Source: a virus (Duplodnaviria > Caudoviricetes). Taken from it: a stretch of 41,844 nt of DNA. Where the stretch lies: positions 1-41,844 of IMG/VR virus record IMGVR_UViG_3300008120_000136. The stretch is one strand, 5' to 3'. Below are positions 27,050-35,581 of the stretch, in pieces (position 1 is the stretch's first letter; the number at the start of each line of letters is the position of its first letter). Made by a program: the position numbers and the translations under genes. The notes beneath the pieces were generated by a model. That model saw only the letters and a program-made list of their open reading frames with translations, searched no databases and was not told the origin of the DNA.

Positions 27050-30000
27050 ATGCCTAGAATATGGAGAAAGTCTGGCGGCACTTGGCAACCAATTAAAACT
27101 GTTTATAGGAAAACAGGCGGGTCTTGGCAATCTGTTAGACGTATATGGAGAAAAACTTCTGGAGCATGGCAATTAGTATTTCAGCAAGCAATTACTCCAG
27201 ATATACAAACACAAGTTGAAATTACTTTAACTACAGCAAATTCAACTACTCAAACTAAAAAGCTAACTGGTAAACTTTATCATTGGACAAATGCTTCTGG
27301 AGTAACTTACAATTTTGCCAGGGGAAGTGGAGATAACCTACCAGCTAATTTTACTAATATTTCTGGTGCAAGCGGAACATCTTCAAATCCTGCTTCTGGT
27401 TCTAGCAATACAAATGATACTTATACTTTAACTCAATCTGATATGATTCAGAATGCCACAAACTGGTTTATTTATGTTTCTAAAGCTACTAACTCTACTT
27501 ATGGAACAGAGCAAACTTCAGCTTCTTACCCAGTAACATTTGATATGCCAAGAGATATCTACACATTGGCAACTGGAACAATTACTAGAAACTCAATAGC
27601 ATTATCATGGACTCCTACAGTTGGATCTGGAAGTTATGAAATTTTTTATGGAACTTCTCCAAATCCAACAACGTCTTTTGGAACTACTAGTTCATCATCA
27701 ATAACAGTTACTGGACTATCTCCTGCAACATTATATTATTTTAGAATTCTTCCATGGACCGCCACTCTTGGCAGAGGTTATTATGGATCTTATTCAAATG
27801 AGGTATCTGCTGAAACTCCAGTAGCTCCAGGAAATTTAACATCTGTTCAGCATTTTAATTTTACTGGAAATAATTTACAACTATTTTTAACTACTGGAAC
27901 AAATACCAATAGCATTCAATATAAATTTATTCCTACAACTTTCAGCGGTTTTGAAATAGGACCATTTACTCAATCTGTTACAAGTAGCAGACCGTACAAG
28001 TTTGAGCATAACTTAATGTCATATTTTACTTTAAAAACCTGGAATGAAGATACTTATTTATCTACCACCAGATATTACCAATACAACACAGCTTGGTATG
28101 CTGGAAATGAATATCAGGCTAAATTAATTTCTTTTTCTGGAGCTAGTACTGCCCCATCTATAGGCGCATCAAATAGATATTGGACCCTTGGCACTGTTGT
28201 AGGAACTTATCCGTATACTCCGCACACATGGTCTTCTGGCAACACTTATACGCAAGGCAATACGGTATATTATGGAAGTACTGTATTTAACTCTCCTGTA
28301 TATCAATATACAGCAAACGATCCTGGATTTGAAGCGGTGACTCCCACAAATACTAGTTACTGGACTAAAATAACTACAGTTAACTATAATAAGGGAGATT
28401 ATATTTATAGAGCAAGTACCAGCACATATTATTTTGCAAAGGATTCTTTTAATGGATTTTATCCAACAAATACTACGTACTGGCAGAGTAACTACTTGCT
28501 TTGGTATGCACAAATAACTCCATATAATAATTCCGTAGATGGTAATATGTATGACACATCTGGAACATATGTAACAATTATTAATGCTAATGGACAGCCA
28601 TCCGAAAGGCTAACTGCAAATATTGATAATGCTGCCCCAACATTTTCTAGCATAACTCAAACTACTGCATCTGCCAAGTTTACTCCTAATGCTGCAAACA
28701 GGGCGTTATTCTATTTAAGAACTGGAACTTCTGGAGGAACAGGAGTATCTGGATACAATCCTTTAAGTTTAACAATAACCCCATATACAGAAGCAACTGT
28801 TAATATTAGTGGCTTGACTCAAAATACGGACTATAATGCTGATGTTATGGCAAGGTATATGTATAACGAAACGTATGGAATTTATCATGATGGATTTACC
28901 ACCGCAAGTGGAACTTTTAAAACACTAGCACCCACACCAGTAACCCCCACATCTTTGGTTACTAAAAGCTTTTCTGCAAATCAGGGTACTATTTTCTTTA
29001 CAGCTCAGTCTAATACTGGATCTGTTCAGGGCTGGTTTGAGAGAACATATTTTATTGGTGGGGTAGAGAATGTAGACTCAATAACTAATTATGTAAATGC
29101 TACTAATGGTGACGCAAATAAAATATTAATTACTGGATCTAATTCTAATACAGCAACATATACAGCATATGTTCAGGCTTGGTCTGGAGCAAATAAAACA
29201 GGAACTACTGGCACTTTAACTATTATTGGAAGTAAAACTTTAAATGGTGCAGATGCCATGACTGTTAGCGGCTTCACCCTGTCTTCTTCTAGTAATACAA
29301 GCTTGACTATTACTTGGAACGGGACTGGAGCAGTAAATAAATATAGGGCAAGACTATATAAATCTTCTGATAGCTCACTAATAGAAGATAAGGGATATAA
29401 TTTAACTTCTGGGTCTGCCACATTTAATAGTTTAACACAAGGAACTGATTACTATGTTGTTGTAAATCCTAGATATGAATATACTAGTTCGGTATATCAA
29501 GATGGAACTGAGGCAACAAGCGGAAATTTTGCAACAACATCTCCTGCTCCTTCAAATAGCTCTATTCCAACATTATCTACTGATACAAACAATTACAGTG
29601 CTGGATCTGTAATCAGCATAGGTCTTGGAACTTGGTCAGATGCTGCATCTTATAAAAAAGAATTACTTATTAGTACATCTACTCCCGTTCCTACAAATGC
29701 TACTACCAAAACTTTAAATTCAAATAGTCAATATACAATTACACCTAGTGACGCAAGCTCACCTTCTTATTATTTTAGAGCAAAAGTTACTGCATATTAT
29801 GGTGCTAATCAAACTGGTACTTCCACTATTGCATATTCAGATACATCTTCTAGGTCATATATTAATCCTAGCACATCAATAAACGTTGGAACTGCTACAA
29901 GTAGCGGATTTACAATTAGTGGAACTGCATCTCCAGTATCTGGTGGAAGTGCTTATGTAACTATAAGCGCAATAAAAATATATAATTCATCTCAAACTTT

Positions 30001-30580
30001 AATTTCAACTATAACAACAGGAATGCCAACCGTAGACTCAATTACTGGAGCTTGGTCTTATGTATGGAGTGGGGGATCTGGTGGAACAACATATTATGCT
30101 AAGGCTACAGCAAGGGCTACGGATAGTGCTGGAACCACTGCTGATTCCGCATTTTCTACAGCAATTACAACAAGCACGGCCTTTGTTACACCAACATGGA
30201 CTGGAACAATGCCTAAATGGAACACAAACGCTCCTTCAAACTTCCAGCGTGTAACTACTGGAACAGCAAACTTTAGGTGGGGTTGGGATAACGGAACATT
30301 TACTTGGAGCGGAAGCACAAGTGGTTCTGGAGGATGGAATTTCCATATTGGATCAACCCAGTTATCGGCTGGAACAGCAAGAAATTATACTAATTATAGA
30401 TCATACTCAACTACTCAAGATACATACCAAACAGTATCTGGAGTTTATAGAATATACCTAATGTCCTCACTTAGAGGAGATGTTACATATTCATCTTCAG
30501 CAAGATATGGTAGTATTCAGCCATATATTAATGGAACTGATTTTAATGAATATACTGGCCCATGGACAGCGGGAATTTAA
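27050..30580 (+). CDS. Large adhesin/receptor-binding protein with FN3, Ig-like and CBM5/12-like repeats
   Basis: SIALSW..VTGLSPATLYYFRI, ISGLTQNTDY, FNSLTQGTDYYV (FN3); WSSGNTYTQGNTVYY..PTNTSYW (CBM5/12-like). Strongly Thr/Ser/Tyr-rich. Confidence 0.75.
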   Translation: MPRIWRKSGGTWQPIKTVYRKTGGSWQSVRRIWRKTSGAWQLVFQQAITPDIQTQVEITLTTANSTTQTKKLTGKLYHWTNASGVTYNFARGSGDNLPANFTNISGASGTSSNPASGSSNTNDTYTLTQSDMIQNATNWFIYVSKATNSTYGTEQTSASYPVTFDMPRDIYTLATGTITRNSIALSWTPTVGSGSYEIFYGTSPNPTTSFGTTSSSSITVTGLSPATLYYFRILPWTATLGRGYYGSYSNEVSAETPVAPGNLTSVQHFNFTGNNLQLFLTTGTNTNSIQYKFIPTTFSGFEIGPFTQSVTSSRPYKFEHNLMSYFTLKTWNEDTYLSTTRYYQYNTAWYAGNEYQAKLISFSGASTAPSIGASNRYWTLGTVVGTYPYTPHTWSSGNTYTQGNTVYYGSTVFNSPVYQYTANDPGFEAVTPTNTSYWTKITTVNYNKGDYIYRASTSTYYFAKDSFNGFYPTNTTYWQSNYLLWYAQITPYNNSVDGNMYDTSGTYVTIINANGQPSERLTANIDNAAPTFSSITQTTASAKFTPNAANRALFYLRTGTSGGTGVSGYNPLSLTITPYTEATVNISGLTQNTDYNADVMARYMYNETYGIYHDGFTTASGTFKTLAPTPVTPTSLVTKSFSANQGTIFFTAQSNTGSVQGWFERTYFIGGVENVDSITNYVNATNGDANKILITGSNSNTATYTAYVQAWSGANKTGTTGTLTIIGSKTLNGADAMTVSGFTLSSSSNTSLTITWNGTGAVNKYRARLYKSSDSSLIEDKGYNLTSGSATFNSLTQGTDYYVVVNPRYEYTSSVYQDGTEATSGNFATTSPAPSNSSIPTLSTDTNNYSAGSVISIGLGTWSDAASYKKELLISTSTPVPTNATTKTLNSNSQYTITPSDASSPSYYFRAKVTAYYGANQTGTSTIAYSDTSSRSYINPSTSINVGTATSSGFTISGTASPVSGGSAYVTISAIKIYNSSQTLISTITTGMPTVDSITGAWSYVWSGGSGGTTYYAKATARATDSAGTTADSAFSTAITTSTAFVTPTWTGTMPKWNTNAPSNFQRVTTGTANFRWGWDNGTFTWSGSTSGSGGWNFHIGSTQLSAGTARNYTNYRSYSTTQDTYQTVSGVYRIYLMSSLRGDVTYSSSARYGSIQPYINGTDFNEYTGPWTAGI
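27056..27181 (+). repeat. Three tandem 14-aa (42-nt) Trp/basic repeats at the adhesin N-terminus
   Basis: RIWRKSGGTWQPIK / TVYRKTGGSWQSVR / RIWRKTSGAWQLVF. Confidence 0.85.
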
Positions 30581-30591
30581 AATGATACAAT
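30563..30591 (+). promoter_or_regulatory. Promoter
   Basis: TGGACA (30563-30568), 17 bp spacer, TACAAT (30586-30591) with extended TG. Confidence 0.7.
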
Positions 30592-30615
30592 TACTTATAC
30601 CTATTAGGAGGAATA

Positions 30616-30846
30616 ATGGATACTTCTTTAACCAAGTATGAAAAAATATACATAGTTAAACAAAAAATAAAGTTTGCAAATGAGCAAATATATAATTTTG
30701 ATTTAGACTTAGAGTTAGGTCAGGTCGAAGTTGAGGGCAGTGGCACAGAGAGATATGAGCAAATTTCTATATATCGTCAAAATGCCCTAGCCCACTTAGA
30801 GGTATTAAATCAAAAGCTGGCAGAGCTAGAGGCCTTGCCAGACTAA
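30616..30846 (+). CDS. Small coiled-coil protein (probable paralogue of the next gene)
   Basis: SD AGGAGG. Shares L[TS]xxEKIxI..Q.IK......YN with 30879-31094. Confidence 0.7.
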   Translation: MDTSLTKYEKIYIVKQKIKFANEQIYNFDLDLELGQVEVEGSGTERYEQISIYRQNALAHLEVLNQKLAELEALPD

Positions 30847-30863
30847 GGTTTATATAATATAAT
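30835..30863 (+). promoter_or_regulatory. Promoter
   Basis: TTGCCA (30835-30840), 17 bp spacer, TATAAT (30858-30863). Confidence 0.65.
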
Positions 30864-30878
30864 ATAGGAGGAGGAAAA

Positions 30879-31094
30879 ATGACTACATTATCCAATGAAG
30901 AGAAAATTTCAATTATAGATCAGCATATTAAAAATATTGAATATAATAAATATAATTTAGAAATTTCTCTAATAGAAGAGAACGCAGTTGCTAATCCAGA
31001 AGCAACTACTATATCTTCATTAAATTCACAGATAGCAGTACTTGATTCAAAAATTTCGGCTCTTCAAGCAGAAAAAGCCGAATTGACAGCATAG
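30879..31094 (+). CDS. Small coiled-coil protein
   Basis: SD AGGAGGAGG and a heptad pattern. Confidence 0.75.
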   Translation: MTTLSNEEKISIIDQHIKNIEYNKYNLEISLIEENAVANPEATTISSLNSQIAVLDSKISALQAEKAELTA

Positions 31095-31102
31095 GAAATT
31101 TA

Positions 31103-31288
31103 ATGGCAGAAAAAGCGGAATTAGTTATTACCGCCCTACAACAGCGCATAGGAGAGATTGTATCTAATTATGAAACTCAGATTGCAATTTTACGGGCAGA
31201 AATTACTAAACTTATGGAAGAAAAGCAGGCAAAGGATGAGGCTGTTCAAGACTACGAAGAGCACCTTAACAATATCACAGCCAACTAA
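31103..31288 (+). CDS. Small coiled-coil hypothetical protein
   Basis: Intact ORF with AGGA upstream and a helical heptad pattern. Confidence 0.65.
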   Translation: MAEKAELVITALQQRIGEIVSNYETQIAILRAEITKLMEEKQAKDEAVQDYEEHLNNITAN

Positions 31289-31634
31289 TTTCCCTTCTGG
31301 CCTAGCAGTTAAAACTGATAAGGCTACATACTGGATTAAGGATGGCAAAAGATACAAGTTGATTTCAGATAGGGCCGCCACATCTTGGTCATTTACAACA
31401 GTAAATGCAACCGAGGCGGCTTTATCAGGAATTAAACTAGTAGGTAAACTAGGCTTTAGAGACGGTACTTTGATCAAGAACATCGCAGATGGTAAAATGT
31501 ATCTAGTATCTCAGAATAAACTAAGGCACATAGTTGACCCAGATATATTCGATAGGTATGGTCTAGATAGATCTAATCTAATTGAAGTTTCTGAAGCAGA
31601 GATAAAAGCACACGATATAGGAGAAACACTTTAA
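31236..31634 (+). CDS. Hypothetical protein made of two internal repeats (possible cell-surface-binding module)
   Basis: Start placed at ATG 31236 (uncertain; reduces overlap). Repeats SGLAVK..TYWIKDGKRYKL and DGTLIK..MYLVSQNKLRHI. Confidence 0.6.
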   Translation: MRLFKTTKSTLTISQPTNFPSGLAVKTDKATYWIKDGKRYKLISDRAATSWSFTTVNATEAALSGIKLVGKLGFRDGTLIKNIADGKMYLVSQNKLRHIVDPDIFDRYGLDRSNLIEVSEAEIKAHDIGETL

Positions 31635-32035
31635 TGGCATTTGATGACGGGACACCTTTAGACGCAGCCGCTCTACAAGATTTAGATAGACGGCTAACAG
31701 AAGTTAAGTCTAGCATTCCTAAAATTGGTCAGACTGTTATCAATAATAATACCAATGTAACCGAACTAAAGGCAAAGCACATCTTTGGAAACATTGCTCC
31801 ATTTAGTGGTAAGCTAACTGCTGGTGGAAGAACTGGATTTAGCATTAAGTGGCAAGCTGATTCTCAACCTGTATCTGTAGTTATTACTCCCATGCTTGCT
31901 GGCGGAGCTAAGGCAAGTCTAACTATTTATATTGAAAGCATAAGTCAAACAGGTTGCTCTGGATATATTTATACTGCAAAGGGAGATACTCCTCCAACAA
32001 ACTTAAGCCTATACTATTTGGTTATTTGTTCATAG
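31634..32035 (+). CDS. Short fibre-like/minor virion protein
   Basis: FDDGTPLDAAAL N-terminus, a short coiled coil, and a C-terminal beta domain (PVSVVITP..ISQTGCS..YYLVI). Confidence 0.5.
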   Translation: MAFDDGTPLDAAALQDLDRRLTEVKSSIPKIGQTVINNNTNVTELKAKHIFGNIAPFSGKLTAGGRTGFSIKWQADSQPVSVVITPMLAGGAKASLTIYIESISQTGCSGYIYTAKGDTPPTNLSLYYLVICS

Positions 32036-32039
32036 GCTA

Positions 32040-32067
32040 TTGACAGCATAGTTCTATATGCTACAAT
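32040..32067 (+). promoter_or_regulatory. Near-consensus promoter at the start of the replication module
   Basis: TTGACA (32040-32045), 16 bp spacer, TACAAT (32062-32067) with extended TG. Inverted repeat AGCATA-N6-TATGCT across the spacer. Confidence 0.75.
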
Positions 32068-32079
32068 TCTATTTACCTT

Positions 32080-32104
32080 AAGTCACGACCCCGTGACTTT
32101 TTTT
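32080..32104 (+). terminator. Intrinsic terminator-like hairpin between that promoter and its first gene
   Basis: AAGTCACG-ACCC-CGTGACTT (32080-32099), with the T run continuing to 32104. Confidence 0.75.
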
Positions 32105-32118
32105 ACATAAGGATTTTA

Positions 32119-32922
32119 ATGACAAACGATTTAAAGTGGATGCTATCGTCAGATCAGCAGTTCCCATATCAAGATGATAAGATGATTGAGCTTTGGTTTA
32201 AGGTTATGAAATGGTTTAAGCCAGACGTAGTTGACTATCTTGGAGATACAGATGATCAAGCATGCTATAGCAAATATACCGAAGGTCGTTCTGCAGAGTT
32301 TTTAAATTTATACAAAACAGATAGCGCCGATTTGATTATACCGACAATGCGCCATGAGGCAAAAGGTGCAAGAGACTTCTATGCAAAGACTCGTGAGATG
32401 CTTCCAGATGCACAATTGTTTTCGGCACTAGGTAATCACGATATTCGTATCTTTAATTATGTAGATGCCAAGTTGCCAGATTATATTAATGAAGTAACAC
32501 CTGAAGCATTATGGAATTTAGACTCATTGGGTTATGAATATATTTATTATGACTCATTGCCTAAGCGTAGATTTGGAGACATTCATGTTCATCACGGAAT
32601 TTCAATTGCAGCGTCAGGTTCTGTTAGAAAAGATATGGAAGATATGCAGGTATCTTTAATTCGTGGACACTCACATAGAATTGCTTCGCATATGGTAACA
32701 TATGAACTTAGAAATAATGGACAGGGTGAAACTCTTCGTGGATACGAAATTGGTCACATGTGTGATGAAAAGGGGCCAGGTATGAAATATACTCAGCACC
32801 ATGATTGGCAGAAGGGATTTGCTATTGCTCATATTGAAAATGGAGAATACCCACATGTTCAAATGATCCATGTTTCTCCAGACTATTCGTGTGTGGTGGA
32901 TGGGAAGTTGTTTAAGTTATGA
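32119..32922 (+). CDS. Calcineurin-like metallophosphoesterase
   Basis: SDQQ, LGDTDD, GNHD, HHG and GHSHR motifs in canonical order. Confidence 0.88.
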   Translation: MTNDLKWMLSSDQQFPYQDDKMIELWFKVMKWFKPDVVDYLGDTDDQACYSKYTEGRSAEFLNLYKTDSADLIIPTMRHEAKGARDFYAKTREMLPDAQLFSALGNHDIRIFNYVDAKLPDYINEVTPEALWNLDSLGYEYIYYDSLPKRRFGDIHVHHGISIAASGSVRKDMEDMQVSLIRGHSHRIASHMVTYELRNNGQGETLRGYEIGHMCDEKGPGMKYTQHHDWQKGFAIAHIENGEYPHVQMIHVSPDYSCVVDGKLFKL

Positions 32923-33107
32923 TGAAGTGTCAGAAATGCAATGGTAGAGTATTCGTGGATAGAGTATTCTCGCAGAAATTACACGTAGAATTGTTTTGCA
33001 TCCTTTGCGGTAAGCGATGGATGATCAATAAGGAGACTAGCGCTTTCGGACGATGGCTAGAAAAAACAGACAGCGATCACGCAAAAAATTACAGTATTTC
33101 TTCTTAA
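32919..33107 (+). CDS. Small zinc-ribbon protein
   Basis: CQKC...CILCG. Confidence 0.7.
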   Translation: MMKCQKCNGRVFVDRVFSQKLHVELFCILCGKRWMINKETSAFGRWLEKTDSDHAKNYSISS

Positions 33108-33535
33108 ACGGAAAAGTACATAAAGTAATTAGATCTATTCGTGCTAAAGACGAATTGATTGCTTGGTGCTACCCAGACGGCAAACGTGTTTTATATTCCT
33201 ACAACTTGGTTGAAAAGAATATGGAAAATGCCTATAGCGTCAAAGATGCTGCAGCTTTATTGAATAGACATAAGGTTACAGTTGAAGAATATATTTTGGC
33301 GGGTAAAATAAAAGAACCCCAAAAGGTATATCCAATTAGTAACCCTGAAAGTAAATGGTTTAAGTTTATGTTGAGCGAATCGGACATATTGGACATTCAT
33401 CAATTTATTTTAGATGCAGGATATATTAGAGATTTGCCTTCAAGAACAGAACTGCAGGCTATTCTCAAACACAATTTAATATTGTATACTAAGACCAATG
33501 ACGGTTCGTTTGTACCTGTGTGGAAGGCTGAATAA
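33053..33535 (+). CDS. Helix-turn-helix DNA-binding protein (MerR/excisionase-like)
   Basis: YSVKDAAALLNRHKVTVEEYILAGKI fits the MerR/Xis HTH pattern. Confidence 0.7.
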   Translation: MARKNRQRSRKKLQYFFLNGKVHKVIRSIRAKDELIAWCYPDGKRVLYSYNLVEKNMENAYSVKDAAALLNRHKVTVEEYILAGKIKEPQKVYPISNPESKWFKFMLSESDILDIHQFILDAGYIRDLPSRTELQAILKHNLILYTKTNDGSFVPVWKAE

Positions 33536-33738
33536 TGGAAACTAGAGTTAAGGTGGATCTTTCTTTTACCCGCAACTTAGGAAACTATGAGAGTATCAAG
33601 ATTGGTATTGGCATAGAAGACTGGGTTCGTGATGGAGAGAATGCGGATACCGCTACAGAGCGTGTCTATAAGTTTGTAGAAGATAAGCTTATTCAGAAGA
33701 CTCGTGAAGTGGAAGAGGAATTAAAGAGTGGCAAATGA
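33535..33738 (+). CDS. Hypothetical protein
   Basis: TAATG overlap. TRNLGNYESIKI motif. Confidence 0.65.
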   Translation: METRVKVDLSFTRNLGNYESIKIGIGIEDWVRDGENADTATERVYKFVEDKLIQKTREVEEELKSGK

Positions 33739-34045
33739 GAAGGAGCCCTATGTACTCATAGGCCTATACGAATCCTTGTATAAGGAGAAGTATGGGAAAA
33801 AGCCACGTTTAAATAAATTCCGTGAGAAATGGGCTATGCAAGATGTCATAGATAGTGTAGGATATGAACGTGCTAAAGACCTACTGGTATATTATTTCCG
33901 TACCAATAAGTCTGGACACCCGCTTCAGTTCTTCTTCTATAACTTTGACAAGATAGATTTTTTGAAGAATGAAATTGATAAGGATAAAGAGAATCGTCGC
34001 ATACTGCGAGAGGCTACAAAGAAGATGGTGGAAGGCGGAGAATGA
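33728..34045 (+). CDS. Hypothetical protein coupled to the helicase (possible loader/initiator)
   Basis: GTG start with GAGG upstream. ATGA overlap with dnaB. Function inferred from position only. Confidence 0.55.
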   Translation: MANEKEPYVLIGLYESLYKEKYGKKPRLNKFREKWAMQDVIDSVGYERAKDLLVYYFRTNKSGHPLQFFFYNFDKIDFLKNEIDKDKENRRILREATKKMVEGGE

Positions 34046-35286
34046 ATACAGAAGCAGAACTGTTATCTGCCGTATGCAAGAATAAAGATATAAGCGTATT
34101 GCTCGCTGATAATGTTGATGAGATCTTTACGTCTCATGCAGATATTTGGCATAGTCTAAAAACATATTATTATAAGTTTAAGGCTGTACCTGAAGCTGGC
34201 GTATTGATGGAACGCCATAAAGATTTTGAGCCAGTAGAAACAAAAGGTCAGACTGGTTACTATCTAGATAAACTTAAGAATGAGTACCTTACAAATAGAC
34301 TTAAGTCTATTATTATTCAATCAGGTTCTTCTCTTAAGGAAGATGCCGCTTCTCGTGTTCTAGCAGAAATGCAGTCGAAGCTTGCGGGGCTATCTAAGTT
34401 TACTAACAATGTTCGTGACATTGACGTAACAGATCTTGAGGCAGCAGAGAACCATTTCCTTGCAGTTAAAGATCGGTCTGCTGCAATGGGCGGAAGTCCA
34501 GGAATTCTTACAGGCTTTGATGCTATTGATAAGGCATATCCTACAGGCATGGCCCCAGGACATTTAATTGTTGCTATTGGTTGGCCAGGACGTGGTAAGA
34601 CATGGTTCACATCTTATCTTGCATGTAAGGCATGGGAGCAAGGTTTCAAGCCTATGATTATTTCTCTTGAAATGTCTCCTGAAAATATGCGTGACCGTAT
34701 ATATACAATGCTAGGTTCTGGTTTATTCCGTGCCAGTGATTTGTCAAAGGGTGATATTAATATTGACGACTTCCGATCATGGGGTAAGAAAAAGTTTGAT
34801 AACAAGAACGGATTCATTCTTGTATCTAATGAAGGAACTGCAGAGGTAACTCCTGCAACAGTTCAGGGTAAGATTGACCAGCACAAGCCAGATCTAGTTA
34901 TTCTTGATTATCACCAGTTGTTTAATGACAATAAGCGTAGCCATTCTGAAGTAGAGCGTAACAGAAATATTTCTCGTGAGTTCAAGCTTTTGGCTGTGGC
35001 AAACAACATTCCAGTAATTGATATTACTGCAGCAACCGCAGATGATATTTCTGATCAGGATGAGCCACCAATGATGTCACAGGTAGCGTGGTCTAAGGCT
35101 ATCGAATATGATGCTGATATGGCTATGGCTATTCATAGATATCCAGGAACAAATATGATTGAAGTAGTTTCACGAAAGAACCGTCATGGACAAGAATTTG
35201 ATTTCTATCTAGACTGGGATATTAATCGTGGAGTAATTAATCCAATCTATGACAATCTGCCAGATATGAAGGGCGGAAATGCGTAA
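34042..35286 (+). CDS. dnaB: DnaB-like replicative helicase
   Basis: TGFDAID, Walker A GWPGRGKT, SLEMS, Walker B LVILDYHQL, IEYDAD, KNRHG. Confidence 0.93.
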   Translation: MNTEAELLSAVCKNKDISVLLADNVDEIFTSHADIWHSLKTYYYKFKAVPEAGVLMERHKDFEPVETKGQTGYYLDKLKNEYLTNRLKSIIIQSGSSLKEDAASRVLAEMQSKLAGLSKFTNNVRDIDVTDLEAAENHFLAVKDRSAAMGGSPGILTGFDAIDKAYPTGMAPGHLIVAIGWPGRGKTWFTSYLACKAWEQGFKPMIISLEMSPENMRDRIYTMLGSGLFRASDLSKGDINIDDFRSWGKKKFDNKNGFILVSNEGTAEVTPATVQGKIDQHKPDLVILDYHQLFNDNKRSHSEVERNRNISREFKLLAVANNIPVIDITAATADDISDQDEPPMMSQVAWSKAIEYDADMAMAIHRYPGTNMIEVVSRKNRHGQEFDFYLDWDINRGVINPIYDNLPDMKGGNA

Positions 35287-35581
35287 GCCAATAAAGCCTT
35301 TCTGGTTAGAAGGGGAGTTTATAGATGACTCTCATGCAATATATGCAAAGGCGAATGCGGAGAGAACAATTTCATATCAAATGAAAGACAGGGGCTACCT
35401 AAGAGTATTAGACCTTGACCCCTTTTGGATTATTAGATATGATGAGGCATTGAATAAGTGGTTCTTTGAAATGACCATTTACGGTATACATATGGGAAAG
35501 AAGAAAGCATGCCAGTACGAGGGGATATCACAAGGAAAGTTGATACCACGCAATACGCACCTGCTCACATCAAAGCAGTAA
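35279..35581 (+). CDS. Hypothetical protein
   Basis: Fills the gap between helicase and primase on the same strand, overlapping both. Confidence 0.6.
   Translation: MRKPIKPFWLEGEFIDDSHAIYAKANAERTISYQMKDRGYLRVLDLDPFWIIRYDEALNKWFFEMTIYGIHMGKKKACQYEGISQGKLIPRNTHLLTSKQ

Noticed and set aside
32006-32038. AGCCTAT/ATAGGCT inverted repeat
   Set aside because: 7-bp arms with a 19-nt loop inside coding sequence, compatible with chance in AT-rich DNA.
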